A stretch of DNA of 61,105 nt from Acidobacteriota bacterium. GTDB lineage: Bacteria > Acidobacteriota > Thermoanaerobaculia > UBA5066 > Gp7-AA6. The notes below the pieces were generated by a model that made no database searches, had not been told where the DNA came from, and worked only from the letters and a program-made list of their open reading frames with translations. The DNA lies in NCBI GenBank assembly GCA_003222385.1, contig QHVV01000032.1, forward strand, positions 1 to 61,105, given 5' to 3'. Made by a program: the position numbers and the translations under genes. Every line of letters starts with the position of its first letter. The first letter of the stretch is position 1. Below are positions 27,230 through 35,110 of this stretch, in pieces.

Positions 27230-28076
27230 CCCTCTCGTCCGAAACGTCTCGGACACGGCGCTCTGGGCCGCGGCCTACCGCGCGCGGGAAAACGACCGGC
27301 CGAACCCTCTCTTCCGCGATCCCTTCGCCCGCCGGCTCGCGGGAACGCGCGGTCTGCGGATCGCCGAGACGCTGACGGCCAGCGACTCGTGGGCGTGGGT
27401 CACGCGGACGTATCTCTTCGACCGGTTCATCCGGGAGCGCATCGCGCAGGACACCGACACCGTCGTGAACCTCGCGGCGGGCCTCGACTCGCGACCGTAT
27501 CGCATGGACCTGCCCGCGGCTCTCCGGTGGATCGAAGTCGACCTTCCCGATCTCCTCGCGTACAAGGAGGAAGCTCTCGCCGGCGAGAAGCCCCGTTGTG
27601 CTCTCGAGCGGATCGCTCTCGACCTGTCCGACGCGGCGGCGCGGCGGAGCCTCTTCGAGCGACTCGGCGGCGCGGGCAACGCTCTCGTCGTAACGGAAGG
27701 GCTCCTGATCTACCTGACGGCGGAAGAGGTTGCCATGCTGGCCGGGGATCTCACGCGGCCGGCGGCTTTCCGCCACTGGGTCCTGGACCTGGTCTCGCCC
27801 GGACTCCTTCGCATGCTCCAGAAGAAGACGAAAGGCGAGCTCGACGCCGCGGGGGCACCTTTGAAGTTCGGGCCGGCCGAAGGTCCCGGTTTCTTCCAGG
27901 CCTACGGCTGGCGCCCCGTCGAGGTCGCTTCGATCATCCAGTCGGCCGCGAAGCTCAAACAGCTCTCTTTTGGAATGCGGTTGATCGCGATGCTTCCCCA
28001 GTCCGACGGCCCGCAGGGATCCCGGCCGTGGGGCGGAGTCTGCCTGCTCGAACGAGAGCAGCGCCCGCCGCGCTGA
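27219..28076 (+). CDS. class I SAM-dependent methyltransferase, leucine-carboxyl-methyltransferase (LCM/TcmP-like) family
   Basis: …SDTALWAAAYRARE…LFRDPFA…VVNLAAGLDSRPYR…VVTEGLLIYL… is the typical PF04072-type pattern. Confidence 0.78.
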   Translation: MSSDPLVRNVSDTALWAAAYRARENDRPNPLFRDPFARRLAGTRGLRIAETLTASDSWAWVTRTYLFDRFIRERIAQDTDTVVNLAAGLDSRPYRMDLPAALRWIEVDLPDLLAYKEEALAGEKPRCALERIALDLSDAAARRSLFERLGGAGNALVVTEGLLIYLTAEEVAMLAGDLTRPAAFRHWVLDLVSPGLLRMLQKKTKGELDAAGAPLKFGPAEGPGFFQAYGWRPVEVASIIQSAAKLKQLSFGMRLIAMLPQSDGPQGSRPWGGVCLLEREQRPPR

Positions 28077-28080
28077 TTCG

Positions 28081-28644
28081 GTGAAATCCGGGCGGACTAC
28101 AGCCGTCCTCTGGCGGCGGCTCGACCGCCCCGGCCACGAAACCGCGCGGCTCCAGAGCGCCGGAACCGGCTGGGAGTTAGACGGCGCCGCGGTGTTCCTC
28201 CACAGAAAGGAGCCCTGCTCTCTGACCTACCGGATCGGGTGCGATTCGAACTGGCGGACCCGATCGGTCGAAGTCGCGGGATGGCTCGGGAAGAAGACGA
28301 TCCGCGTGGAGGCAAAGGTCGGGCGCGCCGGCGTCTGGAAGGTCGGCGGCGACGAAGTCTCCCGGATCGAAGGCTGCGTCGACGTCGATCTGAACTTCAG
28401 CCCGTCGACGAACCTGCTTCCGATCCGGCGCCTGAAGATCGCGGTCGGCGAGGAGCGGGAAGTCCGGGCGGCCTGGCTCGAGTTCCCGACCTTCCGCTTC
28501 GAGCCGCTCGAGCAGAGCTATCGGCGTCTCTCGCGGAACCGATACCGGTACCGCAGCGCGGGAGGGAAATTCGAGACCGACCTCGAAGTCGACGGCGACG
28601 GGTTCCCGACCCGATACCCCGGCTTCTGGGAACGGGTCGAATGA
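28081..28644 (+). CDS. putative glycolipid-binding domain (DUF1089-like) protein
   Basis: 187 aa. …VLWRRLDRPGHETARL…VDLNFSPSTNLLPIRRL… resembles my recollection of the Glycolipid_bind family. GTG start. Confidence 0.6.
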   Translation: MKSGRTTAVLWRRLDRPGHETARLQSAGTGWELDGAAVFLHRKEPCSLTYRIGCDSNWRTRSVEVAGWLGKKTIRVEAKVGRAGVWKVGGDEVSRIEGCVDVDLNFSPSTNLLPIRRLKIAVGEEREVRAAWLEFPTFRFEPLEQSYRRLSRNRYRYRSAGGKFETDLEVDGDGFPTRYPGFWERVE

Positions 28645-28677
28645 GCCGAAAGCGCGCTCGGCGCCGGTCGGATTCGG

Positions 28678-30711
28678 CTACCCCTCCAGCCGTTTCCTCG
28701 CGTTTCGCTCGAGAAGGAAGATGAGCACCGCGAACGCGATCGCGCAGAGGATCCCGCCGCTCACGAGACCGTTCTTGAGATCCGGATAGAGCTTCGTTCC
28801 CAGGTCGAGAAAGTCCGGAAGCGACGGGTGCTCCATGTGGAGAACGGTGTCGCCGAAGAATGCGACGAACGCGATCAAGACCCCGCCGAGCGAGCCCCCG
28901 GCGACGAGACCCGTGGCATAGAGCATTCCGGAGGAGAGCTCGGATTCTTCGCCGACGGCATGCTCCTTCCGCCGCCTCCAGGCATCGACCCAGGCCTTGA
29001 CCATGCCGCCGATCCAGATCGGCGCGGTCGTCGAGACCGGAAGATAGGCGCCGACGGCCCACGAAAGGGCGTGCGCCCCGGCAAGCTGCGCCATGAAGGC
29101 GAGGAAGACGCCGACCAGGACGGGCGCCCAGGGCAGGTTCTGCGCGAGCAGACCCTTGATGATCGTGGCCATCAACGTCGCTTGCGGGGCGGGAAGCTGG
29201 GGGCCGCCGATCCCGTGGAGCTCGTTCGGACCGCGGTATGTCCGGTCGAGCATGAAGAGCGTGATCGCGATGACGAAGGCGGACGTCACGACCCCGATCA
29301 CGAACCCGAGCTGCTGGGAGCGGGGCGTCGCCCCGACGAGATAGCCGGTCTTCAGGTCCTGCGACGTGGCCCCGGCGTTGGCCGCCGCGACGCAGACGAT
29401 CGCGCCGACGCAGAGAGCCACGGCCTGGTAGACGTCGCCTCTCCAGCCGATCACGACGAAGACGATGCACGTTGCCATCAGCGTCGCGATCGTCATCCCG
29501 GAGATCGGGTTGGAAGAGGTCCCGATGATGCCGACGATGCGGGAGGAGACCGTCACGAAGAAAAACCCGAAGACGACGATCAGGAGCGACATCAGGAGAG
29601 AGCCGGGGAAGGGCCCGTGCGGGAAGCCGGGCAGTATCGCCAGCACGAGCACGATCGCGAGCGATCCGATCACCACGATCCCCATCCCGAGGTCTCTCTC
29701 GGTTCGCCGGACGCCGGATGCCGGTCCGACTCCGCCCCGGAAGCTCTTGACCGACTCGCGGAACGCCGAAACGATGGTCGGCAGCGTCTTGATGAGCGTC
29801 ATCACTCCCGCGCAGGCGACCGCGCCCGCGCCGATGTAACGGATGTAGGCGCGATAGAGCCAGTTGGCGTAGGAGTTGTTCGCCATCCAGGCATCCGAGA
29901 AACCCAGGTTGTGGAGATCCTGCACCACGCGCGTCTCCGGTACGAAGATGGCGATCAGCGGGATCAGCGCCATCCAGGCGAGAAGCCCTCCCGAGAAGAG
30001 CTCCGACGAGATTCGCGGCCCGATGATGTAGCCCAGGCCCAGGTATTCCGGGGTCACCGCGACGTCGAGCGTGGCCGCTGGATACGTCGCGGACTCCTTC
30101 TTCGTCCGGAAGAAGATCGGGGCCTCCCGCCACAGGCCGAGGATCCCGTACAGGAACTTGTAGAGGAGCGATGCGCCGACCCCCGCGAAGACCATCCTGG
30201 CGAGGTTGCCGCCGCGCTCCCCCGCGATGAGGACGTCGGCGCAGGCCGTGCCCTCCGGATACGGCAGCTTCCCGTGCTCCTTGACGATGAGGGCGCGCCG
30301 CAGCGGGATCATGAAGAGGACGCCGAGCGTGCCTCCGAAGATCGCCAGGATCGTGATCTGGAAGTAGCGGAAGAAGTTCTCGCCTCCCGCAAGGAAGAGG
30401 AGAGCCGGGACCGTGAACACGACGCCCGCGGCGACGGATTCGCCGGCCGAGCCGATCGTCTGGACGATGTTGTTCTCCAGGATCGTCGACTTGCCGATCT
30501 TCTTGAAGACCGCGATCGCCAGGACCGCGATGGGCACGGACGCCGACACGGTCAGTCCGGCGCGCAGAGCGAGGTAAACGGTGGCCGCTCCGAAAAGAAC
30601 ACCGAAGACCATGCCGAGGATGATCGCTTTCGGCGTGAACTCGGCGGGCGCTTCGCCGGCCGGAACGTAGGGCCGAAACTCCGCGCCGGGCTTCTCGGGG
30701 ACGTTCGCCAT
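28678..30711 (-). CDS. OPT-family oligopeptide transporter
   Basis: 677 aa, polytopic. N-terminus …EFTPKAIILGMVFGVLFGAATVYLALRAGLTVSASVPIAVLAIAVFK is the characteristic OPT opening. AAGGAGG lies upstream of the ATG. Confidence 0.9.
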   Translation of the reverse strand: MANVPEKPGAEFRPYVPAGEAPAEFTPKAIILGMVFGVLFGAATVYLALRAGLTVSASVPIAVLAIAVFKKIGKSTILENNIVQTIGSAGESVAAGVVFTVPALLFLAGGENFFRYFQITILAIFGGTLGVLFMIPLRRALIVKEHGKLPYPEGTACADVLIAGERGGNLARMVFAGVGASLLYKFLYGILGLWREAPIFFRTKKESATYPAATLDVAVTPEYLGLGYIIGPRISSELFSGGLLAWMALIPLIAIFVPETRVVQDLHNLGFSDAWMANNSYANWLYRAYIRYIGAGAVACAGVMTLIKTLPTIVSAFRESVKSFRGGVGPASGVRRTERDLGMGIVVIGSLAIVLVLAILPGFPHGPFPGSLLMSLLIVVFGFFFVTVSSRIVGIIGTSSNPISGMTIATLMATCIVFVVIGWRGDVYQAVALCVGAIVCVAAANAGATSQDLKTGYLVGATPRSQQLGFVIGVVTSAFVIAITLFMLDRTYRGPNELHGIGGPQLPAPQATLMATIIKGLLAQNLPWAPVLVGVFLAFMAQLAGAHALSWAVGAYLPVSTTAPIWIGGMVKAWVDAWRRRKEHAVGEESELSSGMLYATGLVAGGSLGGVLIAFVAFFGDTVLHMEHPSLPDFLDLGTKLYPDLKNGLVSGGILCAIAFAVLIFLLERNARKRLEG

Positions 30712-30796
30712 GAGACCTCCTTAGACATGTTGCGGGGACAGGCCCTGCGGGCCTGCACCCGCCGCAGTTCAGAGCGGGGTCATCGAGTTGGCGGGG

Positions 30797-30802
30797 ATTA
30801 TA
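30797..30802 (-). promoter_or_regulatory. candidate -10 box (TATAAT on minus strand) for the OPT transporter
   Basis: Minus strand reads ...ATGACAAGAAGAAAGCTTCATATAATCCCC, about 85 nt upstream of the OPT ATG. The only -35-like hexamer (ATGACA) has a short 14-nt spacer, so support is weak. Confidence 0.3.
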
Positions 30803-30817
30803 TGAAGCTTTCTTCTT

Positions 30818-30892
30818 GTCATCCCCAGCGAAGCGAGGGATCTCTCCGTGATGGAAAATCAGATTCCTCGTCGCTTCGCTCCTCGGAATGAC
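30818..30892. repeat. palindromic REP/MITE-like element (GTCATCCCCAGCGAAGCGAGGGATCT ... AGATTCCTCGTCGCTTCGCTCCTCGGAATGAC)
   Basis: The two arms are imperfect reverse complements. The right arm is near-identical to the reverse complement of 37082..37113. Confidence 0.7.
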
Positions 30893-30931
30893 AACCATGA
30901 GGCGGCCTGCCCGGCCTGCCGGCTAAACCCC

Positions 30932-31147
30932 TCAGGTTCCTCCGAAGCCGATCGTGACCTTTCCGCCCTCGACGATGACCGGAACGCGCCGGCCGCCGGA
31001 AACGCGGATCATCCGGTCGAGCTCCCGCGCGTCGCGCTTCACGTCGATGTAGGTGAAGGGAATTTTCCGACGCGCGTAGTCCTCACGGGCCGCGGTCGTG
31101 TGGGGTCAGCCGTCCTTCCCGAAGATCTCGGTTCGCGTGGTTTCCAT
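30932..31147 (-). CDS. glutaredoxin-like protein with in-frame TGA at the redox-Cys position (candidate selenoprotein, U-P-H-T motif)
   Basis: Not in the ORF track. Reverse complement reads METTRTEIFGKDG[TGA]PHTTAAREDYARRKIPFTYIDVKRDARELDRMIRVSGGRRVPVIVEGGKVTIGFGGT*. GGAGG lies 4 nt upstream of the ATG. TGA at 31106..31108. The full Grx fold exists only if the TGA is decoded. Confidence 0.65.
31069..31097 (-). promoter_or_regulatory. candidate bacterial SECIS-like stem-loop downstream of the in-frame UGA
   Basis: mRNA positions +9..+37 after the UGA read GACCGCG GCCCGUGAGGACUA CGCGCGUC. The pairing is GAC-CGCG with CGCG-(C bulge)-GUC, and the apical region contains a GU. Folded by eye only. 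Confidence 0.35.
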
Positions 31148-31207
31148 CCGACCTCCGCGCCGATCATAAGCCGGCGTGCCGATTTCGGGCTATCATCGAA
31201 AAGACGC

Positions 31208-31903
31208 ATGGCGGCGCGCTTTTCCGTCGTCGGGGGGCTCGTTTTCCTCCTTTCTTTCATGGCTTTCGGCCCCCGCGCCGCGGGCTCCGCCGGTTCCGTG
31301 AGCGGTCGGATCGTGCTCGCGAAGTCGGGCACTCCGCGAGCCGACGCATCCAACGCCGTCGTGTGGATCGAAGGCCCGCGCGGGGCGACCGGATCCGCCG
31401 CCCCGCTTCGAATGGCGCAGGAGTCGAAGCGCTTCGTCCCCCGGGTCCTGATCGTGCCGCGGCACGGGACCGTCGAGTTCCCGAACGACGACCCGGTCTT
31501 CCACAACGTCTTCTCCGTTTCGGGAGCGAACCGGTTCGACCTCGGGCTCTACCGAAGCGGCGCCTCGAAGAGCCGGACTTTCGCGGAGCCCGGCCTCGTC
31601 CGCGTCTACTGCAACATCCACCCGCAGATGGTCGGGTTTCTGATGGTCGTCGATTCCGGCTTCGGCGCCATCACCGGCAAGGACGGGGTCTTCCACTTCG
31701 AAGGGGTGCCCGCCGGCTCGTGGACGATCAAGGCCTGGCACGAAGAAGGATCGGAAACGAGCGTCCCGCTGTCCATCCCGCTCGCCGCGGGCGCGCCGCT
31801 CATCCTCACGATCGACACGACCGCTTACCGCCCCGTCCCGCACAGGAACAAGTACGGCAAGGAGTATCCGCCGCAGTCGGGATCGGACGATGAGCGCTAC
31901 TGA
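31208..31903 (+). CDS. secreted amicyanin-like type-1 copper (cupredoxin) protein with C-terminal carboxypeptidase-regulatory-like domain
   Basis: Start is the ATG at 31208 (signal-like MAARFSVVGGLVFLLSFMAFG). Cu-ligand pattern FPNDDPVFHNV ... YCNIHPQM (H99, C135-x2-H138-x2-M141), the same spacing as amicyanin CTPHPFM. Then GKDGVFHFEGVPAGSWTIKAWHE. Confidence 0.75.
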   Translation: MAARFSVVGGLVFLLSFMAFGPRAAGSAGSVSGRIVLAKSGTPRADASNAVVWIEGPRGATGSAAPLRMAQESKRFVPRVLIVPRHGTVEFPNDDPVFHNVFSVSGANRFDLGLYRSGASKSRTFAEPGLVRVYCNIHPQMVGFLMVVDSGFGAITGKDGVFHFEGVPAGSWTIKAWHEEGSETSVPLSIPLAAGAPLILTIDTTAYRPVPHRNKYGKEYPPQSGSDDERY

Positions 31904-33998
31904 AAGAGCGACTCCGGCTCCGATCACGATCGTTCCACGGGTCGCGAGCGGCCTGAAGCTCCCGCCGCCCGAGCCGCCCCGATTCTCGCTATCGTTCAAG
32001 ATCTTCTTCGCGGCGGCGCTCCTGATCCTGGTCGCCGTGGGCGGAGCGATCGCGATTTCCGCGGCCCGCGCCCGCTCGATCGCCGACTCGAAGATCGCGG
32101 AGGACCTGAAGAAATCGGGGGGCGCCTGGGAGTCGTTTCAGCGCAACCGGTACGACGAGCTCCACCGGGCTCTGGCGGTCGTGGTCAACAACGCCGGGAT
32201 CATCTCGGTCATGACGCAACTCGACCCGACGACCGCGCGGGACACGCTGAAGCTCGAGCAGGCATCGAGTACGCGCGCGAATTTCCTCGTCGCCATCAAC
32301 CAGGAAGGCACGGCGTTCGCGCGCACCGACCGGCCGCTCCCATACTCCCGCGACATGCGCGGCGTTCCCACGGTTGCCTCGGCCCTGCAGGGCGAGGCCG
32401 CGGAAGGGATCTGGCTGTCGGACCAGCATCTGTACCACGTCGTGGCCGCTCCCGTGCTGGAAGGGGGCAGCCGCTCGGTCGGCGCGATCGCCGCGGGTTT
32501 CCAGATCAACGACGAAGTCGCCGCCAGCCTGAAGTCGCTCGTCAACGCCGAAGTGGTTTTCCTCGCCGACGGGGCGCGCCTGAACGAGCCGGCGAAACCG
32601 GTCGTCGCCGCGTCGACGATGAAAGACGCGAACGCTTCCGTCCTCTCGGCGATCCGGAACACTCCGCACCTCGTCCCCGTCGTCCTGCGGGAAGGCAAGA
32701 CAATCGGGCCCCTGGAGCTCGAAGTCTCCGGCGATACGTACCTCGCGTACTTCTTGCCGATCCGCTCGTCCACCGATCAGCTCGTGGGCGCGGCGGTGAC
32801 CCTGCGAAGCCGCGAGCGCGAGCTCGCTCCTTTCCGGCGGATTCAGAACAGCCAGGTCCTCGTGGGGCTCGCGGCGCTGGTGTTCGCATTCGTTCTGTCC
32901 TTTGTCCTCGCCCGCCGGATCACGGGACCCGTGGATCGGCTGGTCCGCGCGGCCGAGGCGGTGCGGATTGGAGACCTCGGAACGGAGGTGCCGGTCGAGT
33001 CGAACGACGAGATCGGGATCCTCGCGCGCTCGTTCAAGGCGATGCTCGAGGAGCTGAAGGAGAAGGCGGCGCTCGAGAAGTACGTGGCCTCGCTCCCCAT
33101 CTCGATCGGCGGAGAAGAAACTCTGCTCGCGGGGCGCACGCCCACGGCCGCCAGCGGGAGCGTGACGTCGCAGAACGAGCCGCAGATCGGCACGCTCTTC
33201 GCCGGCCGCTACGACATCCAGTCGATCCTGGGCAAGGGAGGCATGGGGATCGTCTACAAGGCGCACGACCGCGAGCTCGACGACCTCGTCGCGATCAAGA
33301 CCCTTCGGAGCGAGGTCCTTTCCGCCGACCCGACTCTGCTCGATCGGTTCAAGCAGGAGATCCGACTGGCGCGCCGCATCACGCACCCGAACGTACTCCG
33401 CACGCACGATCTCGGCGAGTGGAACGGGCTGCGGTACCTGTCGATGGAGTTCGTGAAAGGGCTGACCCTGAAGCATCTTCTCGAGTCGGACGAAATCCTC
33501 CCGACGCCGGTCGGTCTGCGCATCGCCAAGCAGGTCTGCGCGGGCCTCGCCGCGGCGCACGAGGTCGGGGTCATCCATCGCGACGTCAAACCGCAGAACA
33601 TCCTGATCGAGCCGACCGGGGGTCTCAAGATCATGGACTTCGGCATCGCCCGTCTGACGGAGGACCGCGGGATGACCGCCACGGGTACGGTCATCGGCAC
33701 GCCGGATTACATGTCGCCCGAGCAGGCGCGCGGAGTCCCGCTCGACTTCCGGTCCGACATCTACTCGACCGGTATCGTCCTCTACGAAGTCTTCAGTGGT
33801 TCTCTCCCGTTCGACCTCGCCGTGGTCCTGAAGCACGTCAACGAGCCGCCGCCGCTCCCGCAGTCGAAGAATCCGCGGATCGACCCGAAGATCGCGGTCA
33901 TCATCATCAAGTGCATGCAGAAGGAGCCGGCCGCGCGATACCAGAGCGTCGGGGAGCTGTACGAGGCACTGGCGAAGGTGACGGCCCAGGCCGCGTGA
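31890..33998 (+). CDS. membrane sensor Ser/Thr kinase: TM, ~290-aa periplasmic Cache-like domain, TM, HAMP, coiled coil, C-terminal kinase
   Basis: TM1 FKIFFAAALLILVAVGGAIAI. TM2 plus HAMP VLVGLAALVFAFVLSFVLARRITGPVDRLVRAAEAVRIGDLGTEVPVESNDEIGILARSFKAM. Kinase motifs GKGGMGIVYKA, HRDVKPQNILI, DFGIAR, GTPDYMSPEQ. Overlaps the upstream cupredoxin gene by 14 nt. Confidence 0.88.
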   Translation: MSATERATPAPITIVPRVASGLKLPPPEPPRFSLSFKIFFAAALLILVAVGGAIAISAARARSIADSKIAEDLKKSGGAWESFQRNRYDELHRALAVVVNNAGIISVMTQLDPTTARDTLKLEQASSTRANFLVAINQEGTAFARTDRPLPYSRDMRGVPTVASALQGEAAEGIWLSDQHLYHVVAAPVLEGGSRSVGAIAAGFQINDEVAASLKSLVNAEVVFLADGARLNEPAKPVVAASTMKDANASVLSAIRNTPHLVPVVLREGKTIGPLELEVSGDTYLAYFLPIRSSTDQLVGAAVTLRSRERELAPFRRIQNSQVLVGLAALVFAFVLSFVLARRITGPVDRLVRAAEAVRIGDLGTEVPVESNDEIGILARSFKAMLEELKEKAALEKYVASLPISIGGEETLLAGRTPTAASGSVTSQNEPQIGTLFAGRYDIQSILGKGGMGIVYKAHDRELDDLVAIKTLRSEVLSADPTLLDRFKQEIRLARRITHPNVLRTHDLGEWNGLRYLSMEFVKGLTLKHLLESDEILPTPVGLRIAKQVCAGLAAAHEVGVIHRDVKPQNILIEPTGGLKIMDFGIARLTEDRGMTATGTVIGTPDYMSPEQARGVPLDFRSDIYSTGIVLYEVFSGSLPFDLAVVLKHVNEPPPLPQSKNPRIDPKIAVIIIKCMQKEPAARYQSVGELYEALAKVTAQAA

Positions 33999-34008
33999 GT
34001 CCGAAAAC

Positions 34009-35088
34009 GTGAAACGGGGAATCCTGCTCCTCGTGCTGACGGCGTCCGGGGCGGTCCCCGCCGGCGCGCAGCAGACCGAGTACTTCGAGCCGCCGCCTCC
34101 GCGGCCGAAGTTCACGCTCAAGTGGGAGGCGCTCTTTCGCTACGACTCGATCTACCACCTCCGGGTGCGTCCGGACATCGAGCGCGGCCGCTTCGAGTTC
34201 CGGCCGGAGGTCGCGTTCGAGCCGTCCGACCGGTGGAAAATCGGAGTCCGCGCGCTCGGGAACCTCGGCACTGACCACAACGATCAGAACGCGCGCAACT
34301 TCGACAACTATCGTTCCCGGGGCGCGACCCTCGATCGCTGGTACGTAGAGGCGAGACCCGGCGGCTGGATCGTTCTCGCGGGGAGTTTCGGAATGCCGCT
34401 CGTTTCGAGCGAGATGCTCTGGGACCGGGACATCCAGACCCCGGGCGCGGCGGTGTCACGCCAGATCGCGACCGGGCTTTCGAGCCTGACCTTCACGGCG
34501 GCCGGGTTCTATGGCCCTCAGCGGGAGGGAGACCGATCCCGAATCGGGGCCGGACAGGCCGTCTGGCGCGGCGGAGACGCCAACCGATTCCAGGTCGAGG
34601 CCGCCGCCGCCTACTGGACGTTCGACCTGGACCGGCTGAAGTCGCACTTCGTCCGGCAGAACAGTCCCGAGTCGTATCCCGGCGGCCAGAAGTTCGAAAG
34701 CGATTTCCGGCTCGCGGATCTCCTCCTGCGATTCCGCTTCCTCGCTCTGCGTCTGCCGGTGACCGTCTCTTTCGACGGGATTCACAACTTTGCGGGACCC
34801 GGCGGTCAGCGGGACGCCCTCGAGGGCGCGGTCGCGGTGGGGTCCGTTGGCACTCCCGGGACCTGGCGGGCGTTCTACATCTACCAGTACGTCGAGCGGG
34901 ACGCGGTGGTCGGCGCCTACAACACCGACGACTGGTGGTTTCACTCGCGCTACCAGGGGCATCGGATCGGCGCCGCCTTCACGGTGCTGCCGCAGGTTTT
35001 CGTCCAGGCGGCGATCGTGTTCCAGCGGCGGCTCGACTTGAAAGCGACGTTGAACCGGATCACGGTCGATCTGGTGAAGATGTTCTGA
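34009..35088 (+). CDS. putative outer-membrane beta-barrel porin
   Basis: GTG start and signal peptide (KRGILLLVLTASGAVPAGAQQ). Alternating amphipathic strands, C-terminal ...VDLVKMF ending in Phe. Confidence 0.65.
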   Translation: MKRGILLLVLTASGAVPAGAQQTEYFEPPPPRPKFTLKWEALFRYDSIYHLRVRPDIERGRFEFRPEVAFEPSDRWKIGVRALGNLGTDHNDQNARNFDNYRSRGATLDRWYVEARPGGWIVLAGSFGMPLVSSEMLWDRDIQTPGAAVSRQIATGLSSLTFTAAGFYGPQREGDRSRIGAGQAVWRGGDANRFQVEAAAAYWTFDLDRLKSHFVRQNSPESYPGGQKFESDFRLADLLLRFRFLALRLPVTVSFDGIHNFAGPGGQRDALEGAVAVGSVGTPGTWRAFYIYQYVERDAVVGAYNTDDWWFHSRYQGHRIGAAFTVLPQVFVQAAIVFQRRLDLKATLNRITVDLVKMF

Positions 35089-35110
35089 GGACAGATAGAA
35101 TCCCTTCCCC

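Noticed and set aside
28397-30898. 833-aa minus-strand and 687-aa plus-strand ORFs overlapping the OPT transporter
   Set aside because: These are alternate-frame or antisense readings of the OPT gene (28678..30711). Both are extremely Arg/Asp-rich, whereas the OPT frame gives a coherent polytopic membrane protein.
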